Source: the human T2T-CHM13v2.0 reference genome, Homo sapiens. Taken from it: a stretch of DNA of 64,000 nt. The position numbers and the translations under genes were made by a program. Every line of letters starts with the position of its first letter. Within the stretch, counting starts at the first letter, position 1. The notes beneath the pieces are model-generated. The model was not told the DNA's origin and did not search any database. It saw nothing but the letters and a program-made list of their open reading frames with translations. This document shows, in pieces, positions 38,719-55,430 of the stretch. The stretch lies in the NCBI RefSeq assembly GCF_009914755.1, contig NC_060935.1, one strand, 5' to 3'.

Positions 38719-41700
38719 ACTACGCTATCCTCATCACTGCGTCGCCCTCCGAGTTTATAACAGTAAATTAAATCTAATAGGCACCCAATAAATATGTGTT
38801 ACATGAATGAATAAAACCTATACTTATCTAAATGACTCATATTCATGGCCACATCCTGGTACACTGAACTATTTTTGCAGAGCTAAACTTTGTACATGGT
38901 GAATTTTCTAAATCACACATTTCAGAAAATGCACTAAGCAACCTGAAAAGGATCACATGCCATATCTAATTTTTTCAAAAAATGTGGCCAGTCTCAAATT
39001 GAAAGTTAGTGTTTAGATCTTTATAAAACATTCTATTGGTGGTACAAGACAGCATATTTCAAAACATTGGGTCCTGAGAAATGGTAAACCTACACCAAGC
39101 TTTACTCTCTAGAACCTAGTTCCCTCAGAACAAAGTTCATAAATTATTATTTTTTTCTTTATGCAGCTGCAGAGGTAAAACAAAACAAAATGCACTTACA
39201 ACAAAATAAACAAAAAGTCCCAGGTTCAAATCCTAGTGTGGATGCTAACTAGAGCTTCATCTTGGGCATGAAGTTCTTCTGTTTATTAAATGGGAAAAAT
39301 CAAGTGTTCTAAGAATGCTTCTTAATTCATTTTAAAGCTGTGATTCAGGCATTTATTCCCAAGTTTTGTGTGCTTATTTTCTGTTTATGATACCATGTGC
39401 TAAATTTGTTCTATAATATTTTAGCAAGGAATCATTTTTTCTCTCTTTATTCTTACATTCTCCTGTTAGTTCCTAAGAATTGCTTATTTGCCTGGCGCAC
39501 TCAGAAACTAAGAGCTAGGTTAACACTTAGATCTCCTTATTAAAATATTTTCCTTCTCTTTCATAGATATTATCTTCCACTTCTCTTATATTAGCTGTAC
39601 TTTATAACTGTGTTTTACTGCAAACAAGGTCTTCTAGGAAGTACGAAGGCATTTACATTTTTATGTAAAATTTAATGCATGCAATATTAAAAAGAACTCT
39701 ACCATTTATTGATTATCTTCTATGAATTCAGTGCTTCCAAATCTTTAATCTTAAAAGAAACCTGACAAGGTAAAGAATTTGTCATCTTCCAAATGAGGAA
39801 AGTTAGGTTTTGGACAATTAAGTAACATACCCAAGGCAACTCAGTTAAGTCAGTGGTGTATTGAGGATTAGAAGTCAAAGCTCCATGATCCCCAAAGTTG
39901 TATTGTTTCCTATACACCAGAGGGCAAAGAGACAGGCAAACAGCAGCTTCCAAGGACATAGATAACTGTTTGCAATTCCTTGCCAAGACGTAAGATAGAG
40001 ATAACTATTTTTATGAAAATCAAGACTTACATGGAGCTTAATTAATACAATGTTAGATTTTAGAAATTATTTGACAAAAACCTAATGAAAGAATATCGAC
40101 CAATTTTTTGCATCTATATTTTTCTTTTTTAAGAGATTATTCTTCCCAGTGACCTTCTTAAGTAACCATTAGTAAATAAGGATTACTTGATAAGTTAAGC
40201 TTAGAGAAAACTTAGAATGATTAAACATTTAAAAACTTGGCTAGTTTTATTCTTTTTAAGGTGTCAGAACTTGGAAGGAGATGCAGAAATACATAATTTA
40301 ATTTTCCCCAATTTATTAATCAAATAATATATTAGCTACATGGAGGGCATTTTAAAATAAATAAAATGATCTACTTGGTCATCACTATAACACAACAGTT
40401 GTTTTCATTTCTTTTTCTGGTATTTCCTTTAAGCCTCTCACAATATGAGGTTGTGAAATCTTTATATTTGAAGTATTTGTTAAGAATAGCATACCGATGG
40501 GAACACAAGATCTTAATAAATATGATTTGATGAAAAGACACCAAAGTTCAGCTTTTGCTCCAGAGAATACAATGTAACCAGCTTTATTTGATATAGAATC
40601 ATTTACACAGACTGTGGCCTCTAGTTAGAGCTCACAACGGCAGAAAGAAATATTGAATATGAAGAAAAAGATATTTTCCAGTGAGATATTAAAAGATGAC
40701 ATAGGCTGAGAGATCAGGGAGGGGGGCAGTTTGAAAGGGGAAAGATGAAGAATAGTTTCTAGCATGTAGAGAGATAATATCACTGTGTTTTTTTTTTCTT
40801 AGAATATCTTTTCAACCAAAAAAGGGACATTCTGTTCACTGAATAAAGGGGTAAATAAATGAATAAAATCAGCTTTTTTTTTCCTACACAGCTGCAGTGG
40901 TAAAACAAAATGCACTTACAAAAAAAAAAAAAAAAAAAGAAAAGAAAGAAAAAGAAAAAGATAAACAAGAAGTCCCAGGTCCAAATCCTACTAAGCAGGG
41001 TCACCCGTCAGCAGGCTGCTGCAGCCACCTAGGTGATGGCAGACAAGTGGTGTGGACGAGTGTGATAGCAGCGGAGATGAAGAGAAGCTTGAGAAATGGA
41101 ACTTACTTGAGATTAGGAAGTTTGTGCTTGGGAAATCCACAAATTATCTCCCTGGACTGAAGCTACATGGAAAACAAAATCAAAACCAGAGACCATGTCC
41201 AAGTTTACCACAAATGATTACTTTGATAGGATCTAAAATGTTTGTAACCCGAACACCATTTCTTGAAGGCAAATCTGATGAGCCGAGAGATAATCAAGAG
41301 GGTGGCTTTGTGGGCATAGAATTTGAATAAGGGAGCTAACTGACTCGGATGCTGACTAGCACTAGGGAACATAGCCAGATTCAGCATTCTCACAGTAAGA
41401 ATGGTCTGGCCAGCAAGGTCAGAAATACTTGAAGTGCAGTGGCCATACTTCTGTGCCTCTTCCTCCAGGAATCATTTCACCGTTGAGATGGGCAATGCTG
41501 CTGCCTGGACACTGATATTCCTCCTCCTCAGTCCCTGCTGGCTACCCCTGCTCTGTTTGCTTCTAAAACGTTTTTTTGCTACATTCCTGGGACTAGCAAA
41601 CTTCTGTTTTTATAGTTCATTTATTATTATATAATTGTCTAGTGGGGATTAAAATTTGCCCATTATTGCCAAGGTATATAAAAGAATATAGCTACTATTT

Positions 41701-41840
41701 TTTCTACAAATGATCAAAATATTCTCACAAGCCTTTCTTTCCAGAGGTAGAGGGGGTCAAAAGGGGAGATTAACAATTAACCACTTTTCTCTTCAAATTA
41801 TTTTGGGTTATTTCTCATATCTTTCTCTTTGGAGAGACTG

Positions 41841-42195
41841 TGTCTTACTTTGTTTGAGCTATTACATCAAAATATCTTGGATTAGGTAATCAATAAATGA
41901 CAGAAATGTATCGCTCTCAGTTCTAGAGTTTTAGCTGGGAAGCCTAAAATCAAGGCGCAACAGATACAGTGTGTGGTCAAGGCCTAATCCTCATATATGG
42001 TGGCTTCTTACTGTATCCTCACATGATGAAATAAAGAAACAGGCATCCTCGAGCCTCTTCTCTAATGGCACAAATCCATTTGGTGGCCCTCATGACCTGA
42101 TCACCTCCTGAAGGCCCCACTTCTGAATATTATTGCATTGGAGATTACATTCAACATACATATTTTGGGAGGATGCAAATATTCAGACCATCACA
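41841..42195 (-). mobile_element. MaLR solo LTR (MLT1A0/MSTD-like)
   Basis: GCCCTCATGACCTGATCACCTCCTGAAGGCCCCAC core; perfect TSD GACTG (41836-41840, 42196-42200). Confidence 0.88.
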
Positions 42196-42231
42196 GACTG
42201 CATGATCAAATTCAAGACTGAAATAGTCTAA

Positions 42232-42574
<343 letters not shown>

Positions 42575-43381
42575 CTTCTTGATAAAGAAGGAAGTTCGTG
42601 TAATCTCATGTCAGTAAGAAAAGGAGTCTAGCTGGGGCCCTGTGCCCTTACTAGTTTCTAGCAAGTGTGGTTGGCCTGGTTGCTGTGCACATATTTTTCT
42701 TTCTAATTTAAAATTTAAAACAAAAAATGTATATGCGGGTGTTTCATTTTGGTGCTCCCTGCCCCAGATCAGGTGTGAACACTGGGTTGTCTGCATTTTT
42801 TACAGATTCATCTTTCAATACATCTCTCCTTACTGATCTTCACCTCCTAGGTCATTCCAATGAAGCAAGGACTATGAACAGCAGCCTGCATCTTTTTCTA
42901 TTTTTCCAGCCTCTCTGGGGCTCCTCTGCTATCTCCTCACCCCAGTGTCTCCTCTGGGCAGGGCCGTTTGAGGGACTCAGGCAGTATTCTTAACTTAACT
43001 GAATCCCTTTTACATCTTTCTTCTTCTGGCCTCACACCTAGAACTGAAAGTTCTCTCAACTCGTCTTTCTGTCTAGCTTCCGTTTCTTCTCCCTTGTGGC
43101 CTCAGTCCTTTGCCTTTTTTTTTTTTTTTTTTTTAAATGGCAGAAGGTATTTGTGGAAAGCCTGCTTACTGATAAAATACATAAGGGGGTACTCTTTAGA
43201 TACTATCACCTTTAGGCCAGTCAAGGAGCTAAGATAGTACTATTGTTTATCTTTTCTCTGACCTTTTATGTGTGTATGGTTGATCTTAGGGATTTACTCC
43301 CAGGAGGCAATCTCTCTTTTGTCAAAATTCTTAGGGATACAGATAGTCTCTAAAGATAAATATATATTTAAAAACAACAGA

Positions 43382-43411
43382 ACACATACACACACACACA
43401 CACACACACAC
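43382..43411. repeat. (CA)n microsatellite
   Basis: ACACATACACACACACACACACACACACAC. Confidence 0.95.
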
Positions 43412-43945
43412 GAAGGAGAAGAAAGAGATAATTAATATTTTAGAAGAGTTGATGTGCTAGACACCGCTAGAAGATTCACACACATTTTCAAAATCAATAA
43501 CTCACAAGAACTAAATCCTCTATTATAAATCTAAAAATGGAGACTGCCAAAATCTCAGGTTTATGTAGTTATGTATTTACTGATGTCCCACAAGTACTCC
43601 AAACCCAAAATGGCTGCTTATCTCTGTATAGAGGCTCCTCATTCCTCATCTCCCATTACAGTGAATGTCGCTAACATCGAAACATACTCTAGGGTCAGAA
43701 AGTTTGTCATCATGCTATATCACTTTCTTTAAGCCATTCTCTTATCTAAGCAAATACAAAGATTTTAAATTTCTGCCACCTTAAAATATTCTTCTTTTTT
43801 GTCCTGTTTTCTCCATCTACTCTGTGACTGGCTAGACACAGACATTTATCACTGCTCACTTCCACAATGCAATAGAATCCTAAATGGCCTGTTCTATTTC
43901 ATATTCCCTGTATTATTTCTAAAACATAGATTTGATCAGGTCATA

Positions 43946-44349
43946 TGATATGGTTTGAATCTATGTCTTTACCCAAATCTCATGTCAAAATGTAATCCCC
44001 ACGGTTGGAGGTGGGGCCTGGTGGGAAGTAATTGGATCACAGAGTTCTCATGAATGGTTTAGTACCATCCCTCTTGGTACTGTATAGTGAGTGAGTTCTT
44101 ATGAGATCTGGTTGTTTAAAAGTATATAGCACCTTCACCCTTGCTGTCTTGGTCCCACTCCTGCTATGTAATATACTTGCTCCGTTTGCCTTCTACCATG
44201 AGTAAAAGTTCCCTGTAGCTTTCCCAGAAGCAGATGTTGCCATGCTTCCTGTACACCCTGCAGAATCATGAGCCAATTAAACCTCTTTTCTTTATAAATT
44301 GCCCAGTCTCAAGTATTTCTTTATAGCAATGTGAGCAGGAATTAATACA
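43946..44349 (+). mobile_element. MSTA/MSTB solo LTR inside an L2 relic (~43550-44760)
   Basis: TGATATGGTTTGAATC...GGAGGTGGGGCCTGGTGGG...TTAATACA; perfect TSD TCATA. Confidence 0.93.
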
Positions 44350-46056
44350 TCATATCCTCACTTAAAATTCTTTAGTGGTTCTCCATTTCTTCCTTAAGAA
44401 AGTCCAGCCTCCTTAGCATGATTTGAAAAGCTCCTTGATTTGCCTATTTGCAGTCTTATTTCTATGCTTTGTGGTATTTCACACTTCTATGCCTTTGCTC
44501 TGCTCTTTTCTTGGCTTTAAACATATTTTACTTATTTACCTGTCTCTGTCAGTTTATTTACTTGCCAAAATTAACCGAAGAGTAAAGATTTTCTAATGCC
44601 CCAAATAAGATCAACCCATTTTCCTTTGTGCTTCTACAAAGTCATATACGATAGGATGCTTTCTTCCTTACGTGCATCTAGTTATCCAGGGATATTAGTG
44701 TTAGTATATCTTATGCCCAGAAAACTCTCTGCTTCTTAGTAAGCACCTAATAAGTATTCAAAGCCATGTTGAAAGAGAAATAAAGAGGAAAATAAAAGTA
44801 AGAAAATATAGAGCATAAAAAGGAAATAAAAACAACTGGCCAGGATCAGCTCAGAGCTAGCAGGGGCTCCCCATTGCAGGAAAAGGTAAAAGAGAGATCC
44901 TCAATGCTCCACATTCAAACTACAGATGTCTGCAATACCGACTACGAGAGAGCCCCTTGGCCCTTATAGTTCCTGAGCTTAGTACAGGGATCTGCCTAGA
45001 GTCCGCATGACTACATTGTCCCAGAAAGGAAATTCATGCTGGGTCTCACCCACTCCCGGATCACAAGCTGCTGTAAGAAAGTGCTATTTTGAGAGCTGAG
45101 CCAATATCATACTACCTCTTTTCCTGGGTCTCAATAACCCTTGAATTTTCAAATCCCTGGGCTGCTACCAACATCCCTCATATCTACTCACAGGCCTGCA
45201 GCATTGAGACATCAGCTTCACTCGGTGTATCAGCTATGTCCCTAGTACCTGAGCCCAGGAAGCACCTTATAACTTGAGCAACAGGTAGTCAGCACATCAG
45301 GGAGGCTACTTTTGGAATACAGGGAGCCAAAATATTTGCTCCATGAAGCCTGAGAGCCACTCACCCAAGGCCTCTGCCATTAACAGTGACTCAGTCCCCT
45401 CCAGCATTGGGATTGCCACACACCTGATTGTTCTGCCTAGGGAACCAAAACTTGGCCCATTTAGGCTGCTAATGCCACTCCAGGTGCTAGTACACACTGC
45501 CCAGGGATGCAAGGAGACCAGCCAGCCCGAGACTGCTGCTGCCATTGCTAATGCCTGTGTATGTCATCTGGAGGCCTGAGGACCAGCCTGCCAAGGCTGT
45601 CACCACCAGTAATCTCACACACTTCCATGGGATTCAAAGAACATTCTCACAAGGGTCTGCTGCAGCTGGTGCCCATACATGGCACTCAGGGGCCTAAGAC
45701 CTGGCCTTCCTGGCAACCTACTTCCCAGAAAAGCATCAATACAGCCTTCACAAGTAATGGCAGCCAGAGTCACTGAGGAACTCATACATACCATTGAGAT
45801 TAATTACAGCTTAAGAAATCATATGAAGACTCTGATACCCACCCAGAAACAAAGCCAAAGTTCTCTGATCAACTGACACTATAGATTCATCTACAGAAAA
45901 AAGTCTTTCCTTATAAAAGCTACCCCATAAAATTGGAAGAAGCAACTGTTGCACAAGATGTGCATATGTCCATGTAAGAACACAAGAAACATGAAAAAGC
46001 ATGAAAACATAGCACCGGCAAAGGAATACAATGATTCTCCAATAAAAGACTCCAAA

Positions 46057-46146
46057 TGAAGCTTGCAGTGAGCCGAGATCGTGCCACTGAACTCCAGCCT
46101 GGGCGACAGAGCGAGACTCTGTCTCAAAAAAAAAAAACAAAAAAAC
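46057..46146 (+). mobile_element. 5'-truncated AluY 3' fragment
   Basis: GCTTGCAGTGAGCCGAGATCG plus A-tail; perfect TSD AAGACTCCAAA (46046-46056, 46147-46157). Confidence 0.93.
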
Positions 46147-46313
46147 AAGACTCCAAAGGAAAAAAAATTATAACATGCTTGAAAAGGAATTCAAAATAAT
46201 GATCTTAGGGAACTCAGTAAGATACAAGAGAACACAGACAATACAAAAAAATCAAGAAAACAATTCATGATCTAATGAGAACCTAACAAAGAGATAGTTA
46301 CTATAAATAAAGA

Positions 46314-46921
<608 letters not shown>

Positions 46922-49900
46922 AAGAACAGAACATGAATCTAGGAAGTGGAAAATTTAATAAATGATAAAAATATAATCCAGAGCTTTAACAGTAGACTAG
47001 ATAAAGTAGAAGAAAGAATCTGTGCATTTGAAGATAGATCTTTTGTAATAAGCCAGTCATACAAAAAAAAAAAAAAAGAAGAAAGAAAAAGAATGAAGAA
47101 AGCCTATGTGACATATGGATGCCATCAAACGAACAATTATTTAAATTATGGCATTCCAGAAGGAAAAGAAATGGAAAAGGACCTAGAAAACATATTTAAT
47201 AAAATAATAGCTGAAAACTCCCCAAGTCTTGAAAGAAATATAGTCCTCCAGATACATGAAACTTAACATTTCCAAACAGATTCCACCCCCCAAAAAAACC
47301 CTCTCTGAGGTATATTATAGTCAAACTGTCAAAAGCTAAAGAGAGAATTCTACAAACAGCAAAAAAATCTGTCAAGTCACATATAAGGTAACCACTATTA
47401 GACTTACAGCAGATTTCTCAGCAGAAACCTTCCAGGCCAGGAGAGAATGGGATGATATATTTAAAGTACTGACAGAAAGAGAGGGAGAGAAAAAAAAATG
47501 TCAGTGAAGAATACTAGACCCAGGAAAACTATCCCTCAGAAATGAAGGAGAAATAGTATTTTCCAGGCAAGCAAAAATGGAGGAAATTCATCACCACTGG
47601 ACTGGTCCAACATGAAATCTATAAGAAACTTCTACATCTGGAATCCAAAGGACAGTATCTATCATCATGCAAAAACACAAAAGTATAAAATTCACTGGTA
47701 GAGTGGGTATACAAAAGAGAAAGGAAAAAAAATCTAATATTATCACTACAGAAAATTAACAAATCTCAAAGATTAAAAAGAGGAGGAAGGGAACCAAGGA
47801 TATACAAAACAGTCAGAAACCAATTAACAAATGACAGCAGCAAGTCTTCATCTGTCTGTAACAATCAGAATGTAAATGGTTTAAATTCCCAAATTAAAAG
47901 ATACAGACTGGTTGAATGGATTAAACAAACCTAGATCCAAATATATGCTACTCAAAAGAAACTCAGTTCACCTGTAATGACACACATAGACCCAAAGTGA
48001 AAGGTTGGAAAAAGACATTTTGTACACATGAAAAGTATATAGGAATGGCAATACTTATGTCAGGAAAAATAGATTTTCAGCCAAAGAATAATTAAAAGAG
48101 AAAAAGAACATCATTATATAATGATAGAGGTATCAGTTCACCAAGGGAATATAACAATTATATATGCACTCAACACCAGAATATCTATGTATACAAAGCA
48201 AATATTATTAGAAATAAAGAGAGTGAAGGATTCCAATATAATAATAGTCATGACTTCAACACCTATATTTCAGCATTGGATAGATCATGTAGACAAAATC
48301 AGCAAAGGAACATTGGAGTTAAACTGCACTCTAGACCAGAAGGACCTAACAGACATTTACAGAGCATTCCGTTCAAAGCTGCAGAATACACATTCTTCTT
48401 AACTGCGTATAAAACATTCTCCAGAATAGACCACAGATTAGAGTACAAAACAAGTCTTAACAAATTTTTAAGAATCTAAATCATATCAAGTATCCATTCT
48501 GACTACAATAAAGTAAACCTAGAAATTAATAACAAGAGTAATTTTGGAAACTACAAACACATAGAAACTGAACAATATGCTCCTGAATAACCAACAGACC
48601 AATATAAAATTTAAAATAAAAAGTTAAAAATTTCTTGAGACAAATAAAAATGGAAACATAACATACCAAACCCTATGGGATACAGCAAAATCGATATCAA
48701 AAGGAACGTTTACAGCAATAAATGCTTACATCATAAAAGTAGAAAGATTTTAAATAAAGAACCTAACAATGGCTACCACATGGAACTAGCAAAGCAAGAA
48801 CAAACCAAACTAAATTAACTGTAGAAAATAAATAATAAAATCAGAACATAATTAAACAAAATAGACACAAAATTAAAAATGATCAATGAAATAAAAATTT
48901 ATTCTCTTGAAAGAATAAGCAAAATCGACAAATGGTTATCTAGGCTAAGAAAAATGACAGAAAACTCAATCAAAAATATTGGAAATGAAAGATGAGACAT
49001 TACAACTGATAGCACAGAAATACAAGGGATAATTAGAAACTATTATGAACAACTATATGTCAACAAATTAGAAAACTTAGAAGAAATTGATAAATTCCTA
49101 GACATGAGTAACCTTCTAATATTGAACTTCGAAGAAATAGAAAACCTGAACAGATTAAAAACAAATAACAAGTTTGAATCAGCAATAAAAAGTCTCCCAA
49201 TAAAGAAAAGCTCAGGATCAGTTGACTTTACTGCTGAATTCTATGGAACTTCCAAAAAAGAACATGAATTCTTCTCAAACTATTTCAAAAAATTGAAGAG
49301 ATGGAAATTCTTAACCCATTCTACAAGTCCAGCCTTACTCTGATAGCAAAACCGGACAGGGACATGACAAAAAAAAAAAAAAAAAATACAGGCCAATATC
49401 ACTGAAGAACAAGGATGCAAAAATCCTAGAAAAACATTAGCAAACTGAATCCAACAGCACATCAAAAAGATAATAAATCATGATCAAGTGGGATTTATCC
49501 CAAGAATGTAAGAATAATCAACATATACAAATAAATAAATGTGATACATCACATCAACACAATGAAGGTGAAAAACTACAAGTTCATTTCAATAAATGCA
49601 AAAGAAAGTAGACTGGATAAAATTAATCATCCATTCATTTACAAAAAACCTTTCAACAAATTTTGTATATAAGAAACATACCTCAATACAATAAAAGCCA
49701 TATAGGAAAACACACAGCTAATATCATACTGAATGGGAAAATGCTGAAAACCTTTCCTCTAAGAACTAGAACAAGACAAGGATGTCTACTTTTACCACTC
49801 TTATTCAACAGAATACTGGAAGTCCTCGCCAGAGAAATTAGACAAGATAAAGATATATAGGACATTGAAATTCGAAAACAGGAAGTCAAATTTTCCCTTT

Positions 49901-50439
49901 CTGCAAATGACATGCTTTTATATAGAGAAAACCCTAGTGGCTTCTCTACAAACCCTTAAGCTGATAAACAAATTAAGTGAATTTGCAGGATACAAAATTG
50001 ACATACAAAAATCAGTAACATTTCCATACACCAATAATGACTTAGCTGAAAAAGAAATCAAGAAAGCAATCCCATTTTACAATAGATAAAAAATGTTTAA
50101 AATATCTAAGAATAAATTTAACCAAGGAGGTAAATATATCTACAATGAAATTATAAAACACTGGTGAAAGAAATTGAAGGAACACAAAAAGTGAAAAGAT
50201 ATCTCATGCTCATGTATCGGAAGAATTCATATTGTTAAAATGATCATACTATGTAAGATGATCTACAGATTTAACACAAATTTCATAAAAATACCAATGG
50301 CATTCTTCACATAAATAGAAAAAGAACAATTCTAAAATTTTCATGGAACCACAAAAGATCTCAAATAGTTAAAACAATCCTGATTACAGAGAAAAAAGCT
50401 AGAGGCATCACACTACCTGACTTCAAAAATACTACAAAC

Positions 50440-50740
50440 AGCCAGGCACTATGGCTCACACCTGTAATCCCAGCACTTTGGGAGGCTGAGGCAGGTGGAT
50501 CACCTGAGTTCAAGAGTTTGAGACCAGCCTGGCCATCATGGTGAAACCCCATCTCTACTAAAAACACAAAAAGGAATTAGCCAAGCATGGTGGCATGTGC
50601 CTGTAATCCCAGCTACTCGGGAGGCTGAGGCAGGAGAATCGCTTGTACCCAGGAGGCAGAGGTTTTAGTGAGCCAAGATTGCACCCCTGCACTCCAGCTT
50701 TGGCAACAGAGTGAGACTCGGAAAAAAAAAAAATAAAATA
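50440..50740 (+). mobile_element. AluS (Sx/Sq-like) in L1 ORF2
   Basis: Dimer; degenerate TSD AAATACTACAAACA / AAACACTTCAAACA. Confidence 0.93.
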
Positions 50741-52271
50741 AACACTTCAAACATCTAGTAAGTAAAACAGGATGGTACTGGCATAAAAGCAGACACATAG
50801 ACCAGTGGTACAGAGAACACAGAAATATATTTACGTATTTATGGTCAACTGATTTTTAACTAAGGTTGCAAGAACATATACTGGGGAAAAGACATCTTCA
50901 ATAAATGGTGCTGGGAAAACTGAACATCCATGCAGAAGACTGAAACGAGGCTCCTATCTTTCACCATATAAAAAATAAATCAACTCAAAGTAGATTAGAG
51001 ACTTAAACCTACAACCCAAAACTACAACATTACTAGAAGAAAATATGGGGGAAACACTTCAGGACTTTGATCTAGGCAAATATTCTATAGTAAGACTTCA
51101 AAACCACAGGCAATAAAAAGAGAAATAGACAAATGAGATTACAGTAAATGAAACAGATTCTGCATAGCAAAGGAAACTCAGTGAAGACACAATCTGTAAA
51201 ATGGGAGAAAAATATTTGCAAACTATCCAACAAGGGACTAATATCCACATTATAAAAGGAGCTAAAACAACTCAACTTCAAAAATCAAATAATCTAATTT
51301 AGAAATAAGCAAAGGATCTGAATAAACATTTCTCAAAAAAGGAGATGCAAAGGGCCAATAAGTACATGCAAAACTGCTCAACATCATTAATTATCAAGGA
51401 AATGGCAAATAACCACCATGAGATATCATCTCATCCAAATTAAAATGGCTATCATCAAAAACACAAAAAATAACAAATGCTGGCAAGGAGGTGGAAAAAA
51501 TTAAACTCTTACAAACTGTTGGTTGGAATGTAAGTTAGTACAGCTTTGTGGAAAATAATATGGTATTTTCTCAAAAAACTGAAAATAGGAGTACCATATA
51601 ATTGAGCAATCTCACTATTGGGTATTTATCCAAAGAAAAGGAAAGAGTATTGAAGAAATAGCTGTACTCCCATGTTTGTTGCAGCACTATTCACAATAGT
51701 CAAGATACGGGATCAACCTAAATGTCCATCGACAGATAAACAGATAAAGAAAATGTGGTATATATTCATGATGGAATACTATTCAGCTGTAAAAAAGCAA
51801 TGGAATCCTGTAATTGGAGGCAGCATCAATGAGCTTGAAGGACATTAAGTTAAGTGAAATGAATCAGCCACAGAAAGATAAAGATACCACATGTTCTCAT
51901 TCATATGTAGGATCAAAAGAAATTGAGCTCACAGAGATAGTAGAATTGTGATTTCTAGAGGCTGGGAAGGGTGAGGAGAAGGGAGGAGAAGTTGTTTAAT
52001 GGGTGCAAAGTTGTAGCTAGAAGGAAAGACTAAGTTCCAATGTTCTGTAGCACTGTAAGGTGAATATCATTAACAATAATTTTGTGTATACGTTCACAAG
52101 CCAGAGGAGAATATTTTGAATAGTCACAAAGCAAAGAAATGATAAATGTTTGAGGCGAAGGATATACTAATTACCCTTATTTGATTATTTAACACTATCT
52201 ATGTATCAAAATTTTACTCTGTCTTCCATAAATATGTACAATTATTATTTGTCAACTAAAAATAAAAATAT

Positions 52272-52372
52272 AGAAAGTAATGGAAAAGAAAGGAGCGAGA
52301 AAGGAAGGGAAGGTTAGTCAGAAATGAAGGAAGAGAAAAAGGAAAGTAGAGAAAAGGAAAGACAGGAGGATG
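52272..52372. repeat. GA-rich tract
   Basis: Purine run following the L1 3' end. Confidence 0.8.
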
Positions 52373-53680
52373 GTAAGATTATTAACCACAAGGTCAGTGT
52401 CAAGATTGCTATGTCCACATTTTCAGATGCTTAAGCATTTGTCCTCAGAGTAAGATGAAGGCAAATATGGCCTCTAAAAAGTACATTTGAGAAATCATCC
52501 TACCTGGAACACTCCCAGCTTACTTCTCTTCGGTTCCTACTTAGCCAAGCCTTGCTGGGCATTTTCTGCACAAAACATAGTAAGAGTATGTTTTGTTCTA
52601 TTACTGTTATTTTCAAGACAGATTAGTTAAAATACCTGTTATCCACATCCAAGACTAAGTTATCAGCCTTGGCAGCTTCCAGAAGGGCTGTCTGACCTCC
52701 TGGATTGTGATCTGGGTGGTTGCCACATACTCTGACATGAAGGCTCCCTGCCTGACTCTTGGATTCATGGGTCAGTACCTTATAAGGTCAGAGGCCATGG
52801 TGTCCCATTATTAGAAGTAAAAAGAAATGTGTGGACAAAGAATGATAAGGCTTATTTGGCATCTGGAAATAGAATAATATTTTGTGGTACTGGATCTGCT
52901 TTTGTGCCATATCTGCCTGTCTCTTCTGCTGTTCCTTCTTCTTCCCCGTAGTCATTCCTGTCTTAACTTAGATGGGATGATAATAATGACAATGACAGTG
53001 TCAACAACAACAGCAACAACAACACAATCAGTAACAAGTAGCATATCTGTCAGCCATCAGGTACTAAATATATTACATAGAATAGTAAATGTAATTCTCA
53101 GAATAATTTTTCAAGGTGGGTATCATGTCCACTTTGTAGAATAAGAAGCAAACTTGGAGAGCTGAAGTAACTTAGTCAAATTTACATAGTCAGGTACAGA
53201 GTTGGGTTCAACACCCCCACCCCAATGGTTTTCCATTGCCCTAGAGAACATTTCTAACTCCCTACCATCATTTTTCATGAATGGCCTACACACCTTGGTG
53301 ATATAATCTCCAAATTCTTTCTTCCTTGCACACTTTGCTCTGATTATGCCAATCGAGTGGATTTAATTTTTCATTTATGCCTTGCTCATAAGTGGCTTGG
53401 GGCCTTTGTACTGGCTGTTTCCCTTGCTTAGAATATCTATGCTCAATCCTTTACATGGCTGGCTTCTTCTCCTATTCAGAATTCTGCTCAAACATGACCT
53501 CCTTGGAAAGGTCTTTCTGGGCACACAATCCAAAGTAGTTCATGATACTCTGCCACACTCCTGTCCCAATTCAAGTGGCCAATAATGCCATTGGCTTCTG
53601 AGTTTTGAGACCATATTTCCAAACACACTAGATCATGAGTTTTATATAATCTCTTGGTAAGTAGAAGAAAAAGACATTAT

Positions 53681-54007
<327 letters not shown>

Positions 54008-54922
54008 TTATTGATGATGAAGGTGAGGCTAAGAGAGAAATATTAGCAATGAATATAGAAAATTAGCAGATATAGATCCACTGCCATGGGCCCAAAATCA
54101 TAATGGGTACTTTCACCTCATTACCACAAACAATATGTTATCTCTATCACAAAGAATCAGACACAGGTTTTGAATTTCAAATCCAGCAGTTAATCTACCC
54201 TATCTTCCTCTAATAATCATAGCATACATAATAGTTATACAAAATAGTAAGCTTTTCAAAAAAAATCTTAGTTTGCCTATACACAATCAATAAAGAAAAC
54301 TTGGTGATTAAATAAATATATATGGTGTAGATCAATCAAAGTTTCGGTTGAGAGTAACAGAACAGCAAAAAGAGAAGAGAAAATGCCCAGTTTATTTGTG
54401 TAATCCTGTTAGTTCCTCAGAAAGTGCTCCATTGACTTGGTTTTAATTAAGCTTTCCTTAAGCCTAAGATTTCTGGTAATCTAAGTGAGTGTCGGTGCCA
54501 GGTGGAAATATGCCAAATACTCCCAGATCTAATTTTAAAAATTCTTCTTCTTAGCAAACATCCATGACACAGATACTGCTGAAAAGTGACCTGTATCCAG
54601 CTGAGGAGCACTGGTTGTACATTTGTGTTTGGTGCTGACAGAAGAGTCTACGCTACTAAGAATATTAAGTTATCATCTGGCCTCTGGATTGAGGAGGTAG
54701 CATTATGTAAGGAAAACAGCTGGATTAAGCATTAGTAAACTAGTTTTGCTACTAACAATCCATGTGGCCTTGGGGATACTAGGGCACTTTTCTGAATTTA
54801 ATTTCTATCAGTTGTCTGAATTAAGTAGATCACGCTACGGACAAAAACGCCTCCTGGAATTAAAATGTCATACTTTCTGCTTTTTATTTAAAATAGGTAA
54901 AAAGCTTTATGCATTTCTTTAA

Positions 54923-55430
<508 letters not shown>

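Noticed and set aside
41020-41045. CTCF-like palindrome GCCACCTAGGTG
   Set aside because: Poor match to the CTCF core and lies in what looks like a degenerate L2 fragment
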